The translations under genes were made by a program, and so were the position numbers. DNA of 46,937 nucleotides, filler included, from Catajapyx aquilonaris (Eukaryota): NCBI GenBank assembly GCA_000934665.2. It is 2 parts of 2 records of this genome, joined end to end, with 100 filler letters (N's around TTAATTAATTAA, not from the genome) between each part and the next. Parts side by side here need not be neighbours in the genome. Positions count along the whole stretch, not along the records: positions 1 to 23,414 come from KZ539398.1; positions 23,515 to 46,937 come from KZ539399.1. One strand, written 5' to 3'. Below, one piece after another: positions 14,763 to 27,406 of this stretch. A model generated the notes under the pieces. The model was given only the letters and a program-made list of their open reading frames with translations. It had not been told where the DNA came from and made no database searches. Within the stretch, counting starts at the first letter, position 1. Every line of letters starts with the position of its first letter.

Positions 14763-15983
14763 TGTAGGCTCCATTGCTCAACCCCTCTTTTGGTATTTTT
14801 TTTTGTATGGCCGTACAAGTGACGCAAGGATTTCTCCCTTTGTACCTTTCATTTGACGTCACTGGCCGACTGATTCTGTATGCTGTGTGCGCCATACATA
14901 TCAGCCGTACTTGTTAGGAACATGACTCGGATGAGTCGTCAACAATCCTTCACGGGGGGCTCTTCCCTGAACCGTGACGCAAATATGGGTTTAAAATAAT
15001 ATAGCCGGCGAGGTCGCTGATAAATCATGCAACTCTTGGTCACCATTGAAGGCGGTTACTTCCTTGTTAAAACGATTGCGTCGGAATTTTCAAAGACGTG
15101 AGAATGTGTGCTAGTAAAGCAAAGGTGTCACTTATCGAACTGGAAGAGTAATGTACTGTAACTGATGTTTCTATTATGAAACCGTTTCTTTTTCCTCCAG
15201 TGTACAGACTTGCCCTTAAACAGTGCTTCCCAAATGAAGTGTTTTTAAATCACATTGTCATTTTGCTTCAATGTTCGAAACACGCTTATCCTATAGTGTA
15301 TACTATGTATATAGTACGTACTGTCATATTTGTGTAACAGCACAAATATTTACTGTTGATTGGCTGGAACATCCCAGATATTGTAGTCCATAAAGCTAGC
15401 CAATAATGGTGTTGACTTTTTAAAATGAAACGTACATGCCATTGTTTAATAGTAAACCTATAGACTAGTAAATGTCAAATTTTAATCGATGGAAACATTA
15501 TTTTTTAAATGACAACCTACATGATTATGATGTTAACATTCTCTAATCGCTTATTAATGCAAATAAACATTTAATTATTATACAGTATTATCCATCCCCT
15601 ATTACGCAGAAATGTTTAATATAACAAGCTTCTGCATACCTGTACGTATCCATACGCCATGATCGATATGAAGATTTGTTTTCGAGCTTGTCCTAGCAAC
15701 GCAAGCAGTAACGGAATGCAATAACTCCGCAGCATAGAATACATCGACGCTCGTAACTTCCATCTGTTGAAATAAACCGTGTGGTTGGCAGATGCAGTAA
15801 AGCCAACCTTACATAGAGTGAAACCGGTCCATATAACGGACCCTGAATACTTCCGAATCTTGTTCACTATATGTATATACGGAATTTCGGTATGATCCAA
15901 GCAAAAGATTTCCAGTGTATTTCTTGAATGTCGTGGAATTTTTTTCTGGCATTGTGTTAACATCTGTTTGTCATTTCTCTCAG

Positions 15984-16207
15984 GGAGCTACGAGTACTAC
16001 GACCCGTACACCGGGATCTGCGTGGTGTCGCAGCCGTACACCGGGGGCCCCCTGGTGACCCCAGTGGCCCTGCCCATGGGCCCCGCAGTGCCCCTGCAGC
16101 CCCTGGACTGGTACAACCCCCGTGTCCCTCCAGAGGTGACCTACTACTGCGCCATGACCTGTCCCCAAGAGGACAACCGCAGGAAGCGATACTCCACCGA
16201 CTCGCAG
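15984..16207 (+). CDS. Internal coding exon C, Tyr/Pro-rich (SYEYYDPYTG...PLQPLDWYNP...RRKRYSTDSQ)
   Basis: tttctctcag| acceptor, |gtacga donor; 224 nt, phase 1-0; strong G/C third-position codon bias against AT-rich flanks. Confidence 0.9.
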
Positions 16208-17105
16208 GTACGATGCAGACAGACTCAAAAGGGTAAAGGATGTAAAAAAAAAAGGAGTTGACTGTGCAGCAAAACCCACACACCATTTCAGTGCTGCTCG
16301 TGTCGGCTCCAAAATTCCGGGCAAGTAGTGGCGGGGAAAATCCGGAGTCGCATCAGGCTCGACAGGAATGCGATGCCCCGGGACCTAAACTGCTGTGTAA
16401 ATCACCCTGGACGCTCGAACGGAACCGGAAAAAAGAGGAGTAGCTACCTTTAGTCCGCTGTTGGGCTCCGGGCATGTAAAAAGGGGTTAAGAAAGTCCAT
16501 TTAGGATCGCTCCAAGCATTGTGTCCCTCCGGATAATCTACGGGCCTGCTCTTAGATGCATTTTCTGGCAACGTCAACACCGGATTGTCCTGAAGCCATG
16601 TTTGAATGCCCGTATCTTAGACGCTTTCAAACTACAATGTCGTTAAGCTACATGGCATTAAGATGGGTGATGATTAAACATGATGCAATAATTGAGACAA
16701 AATCAACTACGTTTTGTGTTAGAAATTCCTAATTCGATAGGATTTTGGATCAACGGCGTAGACAGGATAAGAAGGGATTTGCTCAGATATAGTGTAACAT
16801 TTGTCAGTTCCAATTCTGCATCGCGTGATTGCGTCTGGTTTTTAAAGCCTACCGAGCGTTATTGTAGGGGCGGAACTTTTGTGGTCTTCCGTATCAGAAG
16901 CCCTAATCTGGGATTAGAGCTTGGCATTTATCACGGAATACCGCTTTGCAATAAAACTCGCAGAAATGGTGTGTAAAAAAATTGGTGGGATTATGGCCAT
17001 AAAACGTTCGGATGTTGAGCAATATTCATCCTGTGGGGTATGCAAAACATGGAGTGTTGCGTGCGTGTCAGGATAATTATTGCAAAAATGCGTGTTTGTT
17101 TGCAG

Positions 17106-17409
17106 AATTGCAGCAGCAGTACGACCCAGGGCACGGGTAGCTCCGACTCGAGTCCGCCCCCGACCGGAGGCGAACCCGGGACGCCCCAGGAGGAGGAGGA
17201 AGAGGAGGATGCTGAGGTGGACCAGGAAGGAGATCCCGAGGGAGAGCCTGAGGACATGGACTCATCTCCTGGGGAGTCTGCCCCCATGACCCCGGTCACT
17301 CCGCCGGGGCCACACCAGGTCCTGCAGGTGCTGCCCCTGGTCACCACAGGCCATCCGCCCTACGTCTATCCGGGATACCTCTTCGGTCCTCCAGTCTACA
17401 ATGTCAACG
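17106..17409 (+). CDS. Internal coding exon D, acidic/Pro-rich (NCSSSTTQG...EEEEEEDAE...PYVYPGYLFGPPVYNVN)
   Basis: tgtttgcag| acceptor, |gtaagc donor; 304 nt, phase 0-1; in frame with exon C; GC-rich codons. No downstream exon found before the spacer. Confidence 0.9.
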
Positions 17410-20400
17410 GTAAGCATTGGTGGCGGAATAATCCGGGTTGAGTGATGGAACGAAACGAAGCCGGATTCAGAAACAGGGTGAGGCATTGGTCGCAGTGTCA
17501 ACGGCTGTTTTATTGCTTGGCAGTCTAGTACGTGTGACAAATGTTCAGAGACAGGTATTGTCCTCCCAGGAATATTTGAAAGACAATGGGTCGAATTTGC
17601 GTCCTACTGTTGGCAATTGTATGGTGCTAAGTTAGGAGTAACTAGCAGTGGGACGAAAATTCAACCCAATATCTCTAGCTATGCAAGATATGGTAATTCT
17701 ATTCATTCGCCTTTTCTGCAAACGATTTTTTTGGCGATAAACTGTTATTAAGCTCTTACTCTCGAACAGTTTATGGACCGTTAAAATACGGGGATGCGTT
17801 AATGTTATGCCCAATTTCTCTCTTCAGGTTTTGATTTGCAATTCTGACTTTTAAGACATTGCGAATGGACCATTTGGCACTAATGCCATCCTAGATCCTT
17901 TTGCAGATTTCAATATTCTTCAATAATAACATGCGTCTATCCCAACATAGGCTGCTAATGTGTTTTATAGTCTCTCCAGAAGAAAGAGTGGATTGCTAAT
18001 TAAACAGAGTTTGGATCATCTTGTGCATGATCCATATACAGTAATACCGAGAGTTACGTATTTAAAACAATTTCAATTACGGTACCGTTTGAGTACACTG
18101 CAGCCCCTTCACCTTCGGGCATTATGGATTAGGCCTACTTAAGATTCTATGAGAAATCTTGTCAAACTGAAGACAAATATTGTTCTTGTGTTGATCAAAG
18201 GGCAAAAAACTAGTAGCCTGTATTCTCGTATGGTTTGGACAAGTCTGCTATACGAGAAGTACTCATATGAATAATAATGTCACGAACTTTCTAAGCCGAC
18301 CATCAACTCAAGGTAGCAATTTGGAGCATTCAAGTTGTCAACCATCGCGTGCTAAAGGTGACAGTAATCGACGATGCCACTTCGGGATTAATGAAGTATT
18401 TACTTAAGTTACTATACTACACATGAACAAATCTGAATGCCTATGATATGTCACATTGTTCAAAAATAATGTCGACATCATAATATTACGGCAATTGGGT
18501 ATAATCCATTTTTAAATAAGTTATTCCAAAGACAACAGGGTGGTGCACTGCCCAAGTCATTTATGACTTGCTGACTGCAGCAACAATTTTTACATAGAAA
18601 TTCTAGTAGTTATTGCTGACATTTCATCTCCGTTTGATCTTCTAGCATGGTGTAGCATGACTTCTAACTCTTTAGTCGCAATTCAGGAGCGTAATAGCTA
18701 TTGGCACTCTGAACTTTTCTTCACCCTGTATTTAATGCCTCTTGTATGGGGTCTCGAGTACCATGTTCCCGTCGATTTCTCCTTCCGAAACTGTCAGATC
18801 CCATGAGACATTGGGTTCAAAACTTTACGGATCCTGTGCCAACATTTCCTTCCCCACCCACCCACCCACCCACACCCACCCAAAAGCGCTACCAGATTGC
18901 CAAACAGGAACTTTATAGAACCTACCCGGCTCTCCATGGCATTCAAGCCACATGCAAAATGTACAAAATTGCCTCCCTGCTAAACACCGCTGCTATTTTG
19001 GAGTGGGTTGACCCGAATCAATCACTGACAGGCCAAAATGAGCGATTTCCATCACTCACCCATGGTTGAGTTCAGAAAAGGCCTTTCCTACAACCACACC
19101 CCTACCAACAAACCGAGCTGAAAAAAATATCAAAAAACTGTTTTCATTTTCTGGACGGCAAAAAAAGGGACTGCTGGCTTCTGCTTTTATCAGCGTGAAT
19201 GTAACCAGAGTGGATGCTGGGGAGGAGATGCATGTGTTGTTGGTATTGGGTTTGCATTAGGGATTGCCGGCGCGCGAAACAACAGCAGCCGCTTGCATCA
19301 GACAGGTTTTGCACTTCCTGAAAATTACCGAGTTCCGTTTTGTGCGAAAATCCAGTCGAAAAGTCATCATCACACAGTCTGCCACAAGTCTCGAGATTAA
19401 AAAATTGATTTCGAGGAAAAGGGGGAGGGGAGGTTGAAATTTTGTGGAGGAGTAGGTAAGTGTGAGGGATCGATTGGGACATGAGGTCAAAGTCCCATCC
19501 GGAAGGTAGAAGATAAAGGAGAAGTTCGCGGTTGCATGCACAGATGGCGAAAGGTCCTTGGGAGGGGCTGAGCAGAAAAGGGGGCCAGCGATACGTTTGG
19601 CAAACTTGTGCAGAAAATATATTCTAATGCATTCAACCTTCGCGTTGCGTCGCAGAAAGGGGGACTCGACCGGTTAACAGGTTCGCCAAAAAATAATGTA
19701 GCGACGCACATGAACCAGAGTAGCCGCGGTGAGTTGTACACACCCACTAATATTAGGCCTATAATAATTAATAATTTTGCGCTTTTTCTGTTCGATTGTC
19801 ATGAAGCGAAATTCACCGAAAAGCCGGCCAATCGATTTGTAAAATCCATTTGCTGGACGAGTCATGTAAATATCATAAACGTAAATTTTCTGGGTACACA
19901 TCCTTCACTTATTTTATTACCGTGTGGGAAGTTTATCGGAGAAGTGTTTATGTACTTCATTATTGCCATCTGTGATGTCTACAGGGTGATGCACAGTCCA
20001 AGTCCTCAGCTCAAAGGCGATGTAGGGGAAGAATATATTAATGGATTGCAAAGGAAGCAATTACTGTAAAAGGAAATGCTTACAAAATTTATTTGTCTCT
20101 TTTCAAAACCATAGTTGCTGTCTATAAATAGCATTTTTACCTATTCTCGTGTTAAACTGAAGCAATGCACCACTTAGCATTTTTAAAAATTGAGGGCAGT
20201 AATTATTTACTAATTAACATTAGTTTCAACTACAGCGTTTTGCACGATTTTGCAAATGTGATAGTGGGCCACCGCCAGCGCCATCTAAATTGACGTGACA
20301 TATCATTGGGCTACGCCGGAAGATATGCGCATTTTGAAACGGGGCGTATATCAATATTTGCAGAGGTATAACTGCTGGCCTAGTTATCCACCAGAAAAAC

Positions 20401-22087
20401 ACACGAAATGGGTAGGTGCCGTGTATACGTAGGTTGTAAACCTACGTCTGAAAAGGTGCGCCAGAAATAAACCGGATCAGTGAAGGTTGAAGCTCGGCCT
20501 GTTGACATATCAGCATGTGCACTTGGCAAGTCCTCCAGAAAAAAAGCGCGACAACCTACGAACACCTGCAGCTCATATGAGCAGATAAAATACGTCAAGG
20601 TTGCAAAAAAGTTACTGACAGTTTTTTTTCTCTCCCTTGTCTTTATGGCCATATATTTTCGGCTTATTAGGGCGAGGTCTGCAATATGTAGGAAATTGGG
20701 TTGGTCATGGATTATCTGCCATTACCTTGCTGACGTCACTTGGTTCACCTCCCAAAAATTAATGAGGATGGGATGGCCCCCGAAACTCAACATTTGGGGG
20801 CCGTTTCGCCTCCTCTTTTTTGGGGGGACTTTCTAAATATTCGATAGGAGAGAGGGTGGGGGGCGAATGTTTACGGAAGAGAACGTAATCAAAGAGCACT
20901 CGCTTTTTGAGGGAGACTGAATGGCCGATCGATGCCTATAATTCAATAGGGTTACAATGCGGGGATGTGTAGATAGCAGGCGTCGCTTTATTAGCCGAGG
21001 AAAAGGGCGGTCAGGTTTACATGAGATCATAATGGACCGCGGTAATTATGATCCAGCCTCGATTTTATATTGTTCCTGCTTAAATTAGCGTGTCACCAAA
21101 ATGATATGTAGTCGCCAGGAAACAAACGAAAAATGTCGCTCATTCATATTTGGGGGGGCAACCCGTGGTAATATATGCGACAATCGGTGTAATTTGAGAG
21201 CAGTAAAAGTTGAGTTGGACCTTTCGCGTGATCCACGAACCTAGTGAATGAATTGTTCCGCTGTTATGACAATTGACACAATTTTTTTTTCTCTTATAGT
21301 GTCATACGGGTGTGATGATAGTACAGGAAAAAATTATTATCGACCGAGGATTTCATCATATTATTCGTTGGTTGCTGCAGTAAAGCTTACTGCAGCAACA
21401 AATGAGTCAAATTGTATGAATAAACCCAATATTTATTGGTAGTAACATTGCTAATCGGCTTGAATGAAATTGTGAAAAATTTATATGTCAAACCATTTGG
21501 TGCTACAGTACCGGGTACAGATAATTATGTAAAGTATGCTTAAGATAAATTAGTGGCCGTCGGATCATCCTTTTAATTGCTATAAATTAATGGAGGCATT
21601 CACGGTGCTATTTCATTTGAGCACGTAACATAAGCCTGGTTTGGATATCTGCCCGAGATATGTGCACCAACCGGCAGCCGTAAATCAGCCAACAAAGTGG
21701 CAAATTGGACGTAGGATTTTCGCCGAAACCGAAACTTGTTGGAGAGAAACTCGGATTCTGGGAGGGCCAAAGAAGAAGTGAATCACCCAGCTGAGGAAAC
21801 TATCTGATTCTTAGGTTTGCCACGTTTGTTGGCCTGCTTCCAGAATTTGGAAGGGGGGGGGGGGTGTTGGGAGGAATGAGGGTTGCTGAATAGTAAAGAA
21901 AGAAACAAAAGCCAGTCATTCCAAAGGCACACTGTACAGTACTAATTCCGATCTCACCAGTGCAGTGGCTGCTGCATTTCAGTGCAGTGAGTGCTTGTTT
22001 TTATGTTCAGTAGTTATTGCATTGTGTTCGTGAATGTGTCACCTTACGCACTTTATTTTTAGCAGGCTGAGGAGGGGGCACTATGTG

Positions 22088-22626
22088 TAGTGGTGGGAAA
22101 ATGTGCTAAATTACATTAGCAGCTACCTGCTAAAAGTTGGCTACTATGACTTAGCATCTACATATTCATATTTCTTGAACTAGCCAGTGATAAACTGTGC
22201 TGATTTTTAAAAAAAGATGCTAATAATTTTTGGCGGCTGCTAATTTGTTGCTGTTTTTGTAGCTGCCAATGTGTTTTAGCTACAAATTAGCATCCACTCC
22301 TAAAAGTGCTACAAATTAGCAGATAGTGTTACATTGTCATAGATATTAAGGCTTTAATATCTACGCGCCCTGTATTAGTAGCTACTGTTAATGCCAAAGT
22401 AAGCATAAAAGGTCAAAAATTAGCACCAGCTACTAATATTAACACTAATGCTAATTTTAGCATTACCTGCTGAAAGGATTTTTGGCCGGTTTTATCGAGC
22501 CAAATTCAGGAGAATATCTCTGATTATTATGTATTGTGATTATGTGTATGTTTATTTGGAGATTTTTCCTGATTTGTGCTAATAAACCTGAGCCTTAGGA
22601 CTCACGCTAATTTTCTCCCGTCACTA
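22088..22626. mobile_element. Old hAT-like non-autonomous element
   Basis: Termini TAGTGGTGGG...CCCGTCACTA, with many GCTA/TAGC motifs inside; no matching 8-bp TSD. Confidence 0.4.
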
Positions 22627-23414
22627 GGCCACTAACATGTCACTTATTACCTGGGCTTGACGTATACTAATTTTCTGTGTGTGTATTTTGGGCACTTGAA
22701 AATAATGATTGAGCGTATGTTTCGTCCAGCTCCTTTGTTTTTTTTCTCACACTGGAAAAATCCCTCCAAAAATGCGTGTTGGATACTTGTCCCTCCAAAA
22801 TAACAAGAAAAAAATGTTCAAACAGCTTCTTTTATGTCTACGTATTAGTAGTTAGTCGCTAATAACATATGTGCTCTCCCAAGTAGCCTAATCCCTAATG
22901 TTGCACCTGAATGTGCTAGTAGTGGTTAGTCATTAGAATGCACCTTCCACACCTCCTAGAGAGGTATTAAAAAAGAAAAAGGTCAGTCGGAACGTGTTTT
23001 ATGTAGCAAGTTCCACGACCTGTGTTCCGACACACGAGTAGTAAACTTACCATTCATGAATTAGTAATAGTCGCATTGCTGCTACGGGTAGCTAATTTGT
23101 GCGCTTGAAACATTTATTGGCTGGCCGCTTTTATCTCTTTCTTTTTTAAAAAAAAAGGATTAGCACTATTAGCTGCACTTCAGGTACAGTTGTTCCTCTT
23201 TAACTGGGTTCACACTGGCGTCGTTTCCTTTGTTGTCTGGTGTTTGTGGTTGAAATCACAACGACCCGAATAGACAACGACGGCTGTGTAAATCATTATT
23301 TACTTGAAATGTTCAGGTATATGACCATCAGAGGTTGTCATTTGCATTTTCAAGTAATGAGGCTACTGTTGCAATATATTGGTGCCGTGATGGTGGGATT
23401 TCTCTCGAGAGAAA

Positions 23415-23514
23415 NNNNNNNNNNNNNNNNNNNNNNNNNNNNNNNNNNNNNNNNNNNNTTAATTAATTAANNNNNNNNNNNNNNNNNNNNNNNNNNNNNN
23501 NNNNNNNNNNNNNN
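23415..23514. other. Artificial contig-joining spacer: 44 N + TTAATTAATTAA + 44 N
   Basis: Exactly 100 bp and symmetric; the core is the palindromic six-frame stop linker used for concatenating contigs. Confidence 0.95.
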
Positions 23515-24496
23515 CGGCCATGTTGGGCCCCCTTCGTACCTATAAAGTTCAGCCGTAGTCCGGTAGGGTCGCCACTATGTCGTGGCCCCCGAAATGACTC
23601 CTGGCGGTCTCAGGTGAGCGCCCGGTGCAAAATGCCTCGGCAGCTGATAACGCCAGAACGTAGTATAAGTGTCCGTGGGCTGGAGGTTACCCTGGTGCTA
23701 GTTGCTGACAAGTGGGCATGGGGCGACATCTCTTGCATTTTTCAATACTTCCGTCAATGAATCAAACGTGATGTGCCAAATTCAATATCCAGAAATGTTA
23801 CTTTCATTCAATATCAGCCCAATGAGCATCAAGGTATTCCTGACCACTCATTACAATTTAGGAAGTAAATTGAAAATTTATAAATTACCCCGTAAAGGTA
23901 ATTTCTGGAGCCTATATCAAAGGTCACTGCCATGTCATTGTGTTTTTGCTCATAACATACTTTGTTATGCCTTGTTTTTCACTGCAGTGCTATGAAATTA
24001 TGCTGATAATCATTATTAGCTTCAAATCCATAACATTTTCATGGGTAATTTTTGTGTATAGGAAGGGGATACAAGGCAATGCTGATTGGCATACGACATG
24101 AATGCAATCAGGTGTAACACGAACCTCAGCCTATTTTTTCAAGCCTTATTACCGTCTTATCGCTGGATGTTAACACGTCAGACTTGTGCAACGTATAGAA
24201 GAGGACCTAGGTCATGCACAGGAATAATTTTTCACTCTATATGCAAGCATTAGTGCACTTCTGAGAGTCACATAACTGGGCAAAATTCAAAAATTGCAGC
24301 ACTTTTCGCATCAACTTTTTATAACTAAAGTAGTGACTTAAAAACATCAAATATTTTCAGATGAAGCTTATATTGTAATGATTCTGACGACATCTCATGC
24401 ATTAACATTGTGACCTTGACACTCAAGCAACAGCAACTTTTTCGTTATCCCTATTTTCGGAATATCGGGTGTGGAAGGGTTAACAGTAGCACTCAC

Positions 24497-24791
24497 TCAA
24501 TCATGGGCTCATACATTCCATGCCGATGCATTGATAGAGGGGATGAGAGTCTTGAATCCATTAGCATCATATCATCTTCCATCTCCACCGATATGAATTC
24601 TGGTTGCTCCAACCTATGGCGAGTCGGTGGTGAGAAGGGTACGTTCAGGTAGGCAGGCTTGCGAATTGGAGACACTGACGAGCTGCTGCATGGTGGGGAA
24701 GACGACAGATGCTGCTTGCTGCGCTTAGGAGAACCATCCATGGTAAGTCTGCACCTCTTAGTGCTGCCTTCAGATGGTGTCTTTAAAAATT
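24497..24791 (-). CDS. Coding exon 4 of the - strand gene (FLKTPSEGSTKRCRL...SPIRKPAYLNVPFSPP...MYEPMI)
   Basis: gatgcag| acceptor, |gtgagt donor; 295 nt, phase 1-2, open, Ser/Pro-rich; the next exon is probably beyond the spacer. Confidence 0.85.
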
Positions 24792-25229
24792 CTGCATCAA
24801 CAATTAGGACAAAATTAATTGGAATAATGCAGATACACATTTAATACATGAACTATTATTTTGGACATAACCAATAACATTGCACACGCCATGGATAACA
24901 GACAGCATAAGATATACGGTGGTCCAACATGAACAGAATACTGCTTATATCAATTCAGCTTATGGAGCAGTGTTCCAGTAAGCAGAAAATATTTGGTTAC
25001 TTATAATCAATGATGGTACAAATCAATTCAGAGTTAAATAAATTTATTTGCTAAGTGTCGAGTTGACAAATGGAGGCAAGACCAAAACTTTAGACTTTTA
25101 TTTGCATTTCAAAACTTAAATCGTCGCGTACATCACTCAGATATGTCTACAAGTTTTTGAGTTATAGGGTTTTTAATTCCGTGTGCACAATCTTTTTCTA
25201 TGACCCTTAATTTAATCAAAAGTGGTGCT

Positions 25230-25480
25230 CAGATATGGCGCCAGCATGAGAATTGCATGTATGACAGCTGCGAAGCATTGATTGCAACACATTTTCAGAG
25301 ATACCCAGTGTTTCACGGTCTGAATGCCACTTTTGGGGAACGATGGATAGGTCGCCTGGCCACCAAGATCACCAGATTGTCTTGATTTCTTCATCTGGGG
25401 ACACATGAAGACCCTTGTGAGTGAGACTCCCAATGACTACAAAGATGACCTTGTCGCAAGAATTGCCATTGCCACTGTAA
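25230..25480 (+). pseudogene. Tc1/mariner transposase catalytic-domain relic, frameshifted
   Basis: Pieces in shifting frames read LNATFGERWIGR / WPPRSPD / LDFFIWGHMKTLVSETP..DLVARI, the WPPRSPDLxPLDFFLWG motif. Confidence 0.85.
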
Positions 25481-25703
25481 CTGCATTCGTGGTATGCCCG
25501 AAAACTATCACAATAAATGCTTCAAAGCTCTTTGTTCATGCAAAGTTGTTGACAGTCCCATGTTTGAGCACCTTCTTTGAATATGCATGTTGTCCACACT
25601 CGCTTCCATTAATTTATGTACAGTCCCGAGCATTAGTTGGAGATGGCAGGCCCTCCCCTTCGGCAAAGTGCCCTGCCAATCTCAGCTATTACTGTATCAA
25701 ATA

Positions 25704-26350
25704 CAGTAAAACTTCTATTAAGTCGAATCTCCATGGGACCGGGAAAAAACTTCGAGTTATACAGGGTGATTCTCTCGAATGGAAACCCAAACATTCCTCA
25801 ATAACTTTTTAACTATGGTATGGTTCCCGATGAAAATTAACATGTACTTACCTTGTATCATGCCAAACAAGGTCTGACTAAAGAATATGCCAAAAGTGGT
25901 CCCCTCCAGCATCCAAGAATTTTTAAATCCGAGTCTGCATATTGCCGAAGACTCCTGCCGATTGAAGGCGCCGATCCCATCCATTCCCACCCGCCAGTCT
26001 GTTTGGCGAGAGGGGTGGGTATCTCAAGGCAACGGGACCGTGGCCTTGCGATCCCATGTCACCGAGCAAGCGGGCAGGCGGGAGTTGAGCCATTCCCGCC
26101 GGCCATTCTACAGGAGTCTTCGCCAATATGCAGACTCGAATTAAAAATTTCTTGGATGCTGGAGGGGACCACTTTTGGTATATTCTTTAGTCAGACCTTG
26201 TTTGGCATGATACAAGGTAAGTATATGTTAATTTTCATCGGGAACCATGCCATAGTTAAAAAGTTATTGAGGAAAGTTTGGGTTTCCATTCGAGAGAATC
26301 ACCCTGTAGAAGATTCGAGTTATAGAAGATTCGAGTTACAGAAGTTTGAA
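25704..26350. mobile_element. Older pogo/Tigger-like MITE fragment interrupted by the 25762-26306 MITE
   Basis: TA|CAGTAAAACTTC..AAGTCGAA terminus; its TTCGAGTTA repeats continue on both sides of the insert; right end not found. Confidence 0.55.
25762..26306. mobile_element. Young Tc1/mariner-type MITE with ~195-bp TIRs
   Basis: TA|CAGGGTGATTCTCTCGAATGG...CCATTCGAGAGAATCACCCTG|TA; arms ~25762-25957 and ~26111-26306 are nearly identical. Confidence 0.95.
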
Positions 26351-27111
26351 TTTTTTAAAGCACAGAACTCTATAAGGAAGCCTACCTTTATATCAAGCGA
26401 GGGAAGGTGTTCAAAACTTGAAAATAACTGTCACTATCACACTTACAATGTTTCTCATTGTTTTGTTGTAAAAAAAAACTCCGTTATGGACATTAGCCTA
26501 CTCTTAGATTCAAGGATTCAATTGTCACAATCGAGTCAAACACTTCTTTCCGTATACATCTGGTAGACGGAGATCAGAAAATGGGAGCGTTTCTGTGCAT
26601 GTGGCCTACGCTCGACCCTTCGGCTGGGAAATGAGAAAATTTTCCGCACTCGCCAACATGAACTTCGACTTAGGGAGAACTGAAAATGCATGGATATCCC
26701 ATCGTAAGGCAGGGTACTGAACAAAGTAGTGTACTCACTTTGTTCGGTACCCTGCCGGTGTAGCATGAGAGCGCCTTTTTCAGTGCAACCGCAAGACTAA
26801 AAACCCGTTCAACCAGCTTAAAACACGTTCAAACCACTGCACTCTTGCCTTGCATTTGCCTTGCATTTTCCGTGCTCGCCAGACTCAATTCAAACAGAAA
26901 GGACGTGACGTCACGCCATACGGCCGTAATAAATAAATTGATTACTGCCGTATTTCTAATTGTTTTATAAAACCGACCGGGGTAGTCCCTTTTTTTTCCC
27001 CACCCCCTCGCGCGTGCTTGACCCGTGACTCTGATACACCCTGTATTGTGCTGACAAAGCTCCAGAATTTCCTTTGAGCCATGTAACCACCCATAACATT
27101 AGATAGGATAC

Positions 27112-27406
27112 TTATAATCCCCACTAGACCCGACACTCTACCCCAGCTTTATGGAGACCTCCGTAGGCTTACTTGCTCTCCCCCATCGAGGTGGGGTTTC
27201 TGATTAGGTGCTGGTGCCAGCCTACAATTCCTAGAGCAGTTTGGGCTGGCGACTCTATGAACGTCCTCCAGATCCAGCTGCAGTGCAGTCATCTGCAGAA
27301 ACTACCTTAGGAACTGTGGAGCAACACCAGAGCCAAATTGGAAGGTGGGGGAGAGTAAGCAAGCTCATGCAAAAGGGGAGGGAGTGTCCGGACCTGAGGA
27401 TTATAA
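27112..27406. mobile_element. Degenerate foldback/MITE
   Basis: TTATAATCC..GACACTC pairs with GAGTGTC..GGATTATAA, and GCTT..CTCTCCCCC pairs with GGGGGAGAG..AAGC. Confidence 0.45.

Noticed and set aside
26309..26348. CRISPR-like short repeats (GAAGATTCGAGTTA)
   Set aside because: Adjacent tandem units without spacers, in a eukaryotic MITE context with no cas genes.
25853..26566. 237-aa ORF, the longest in the track
   Set aside because: It runs through MITE inverted repeats; the mirrored peptide on the opposite strand shows it is a TIR artefact.
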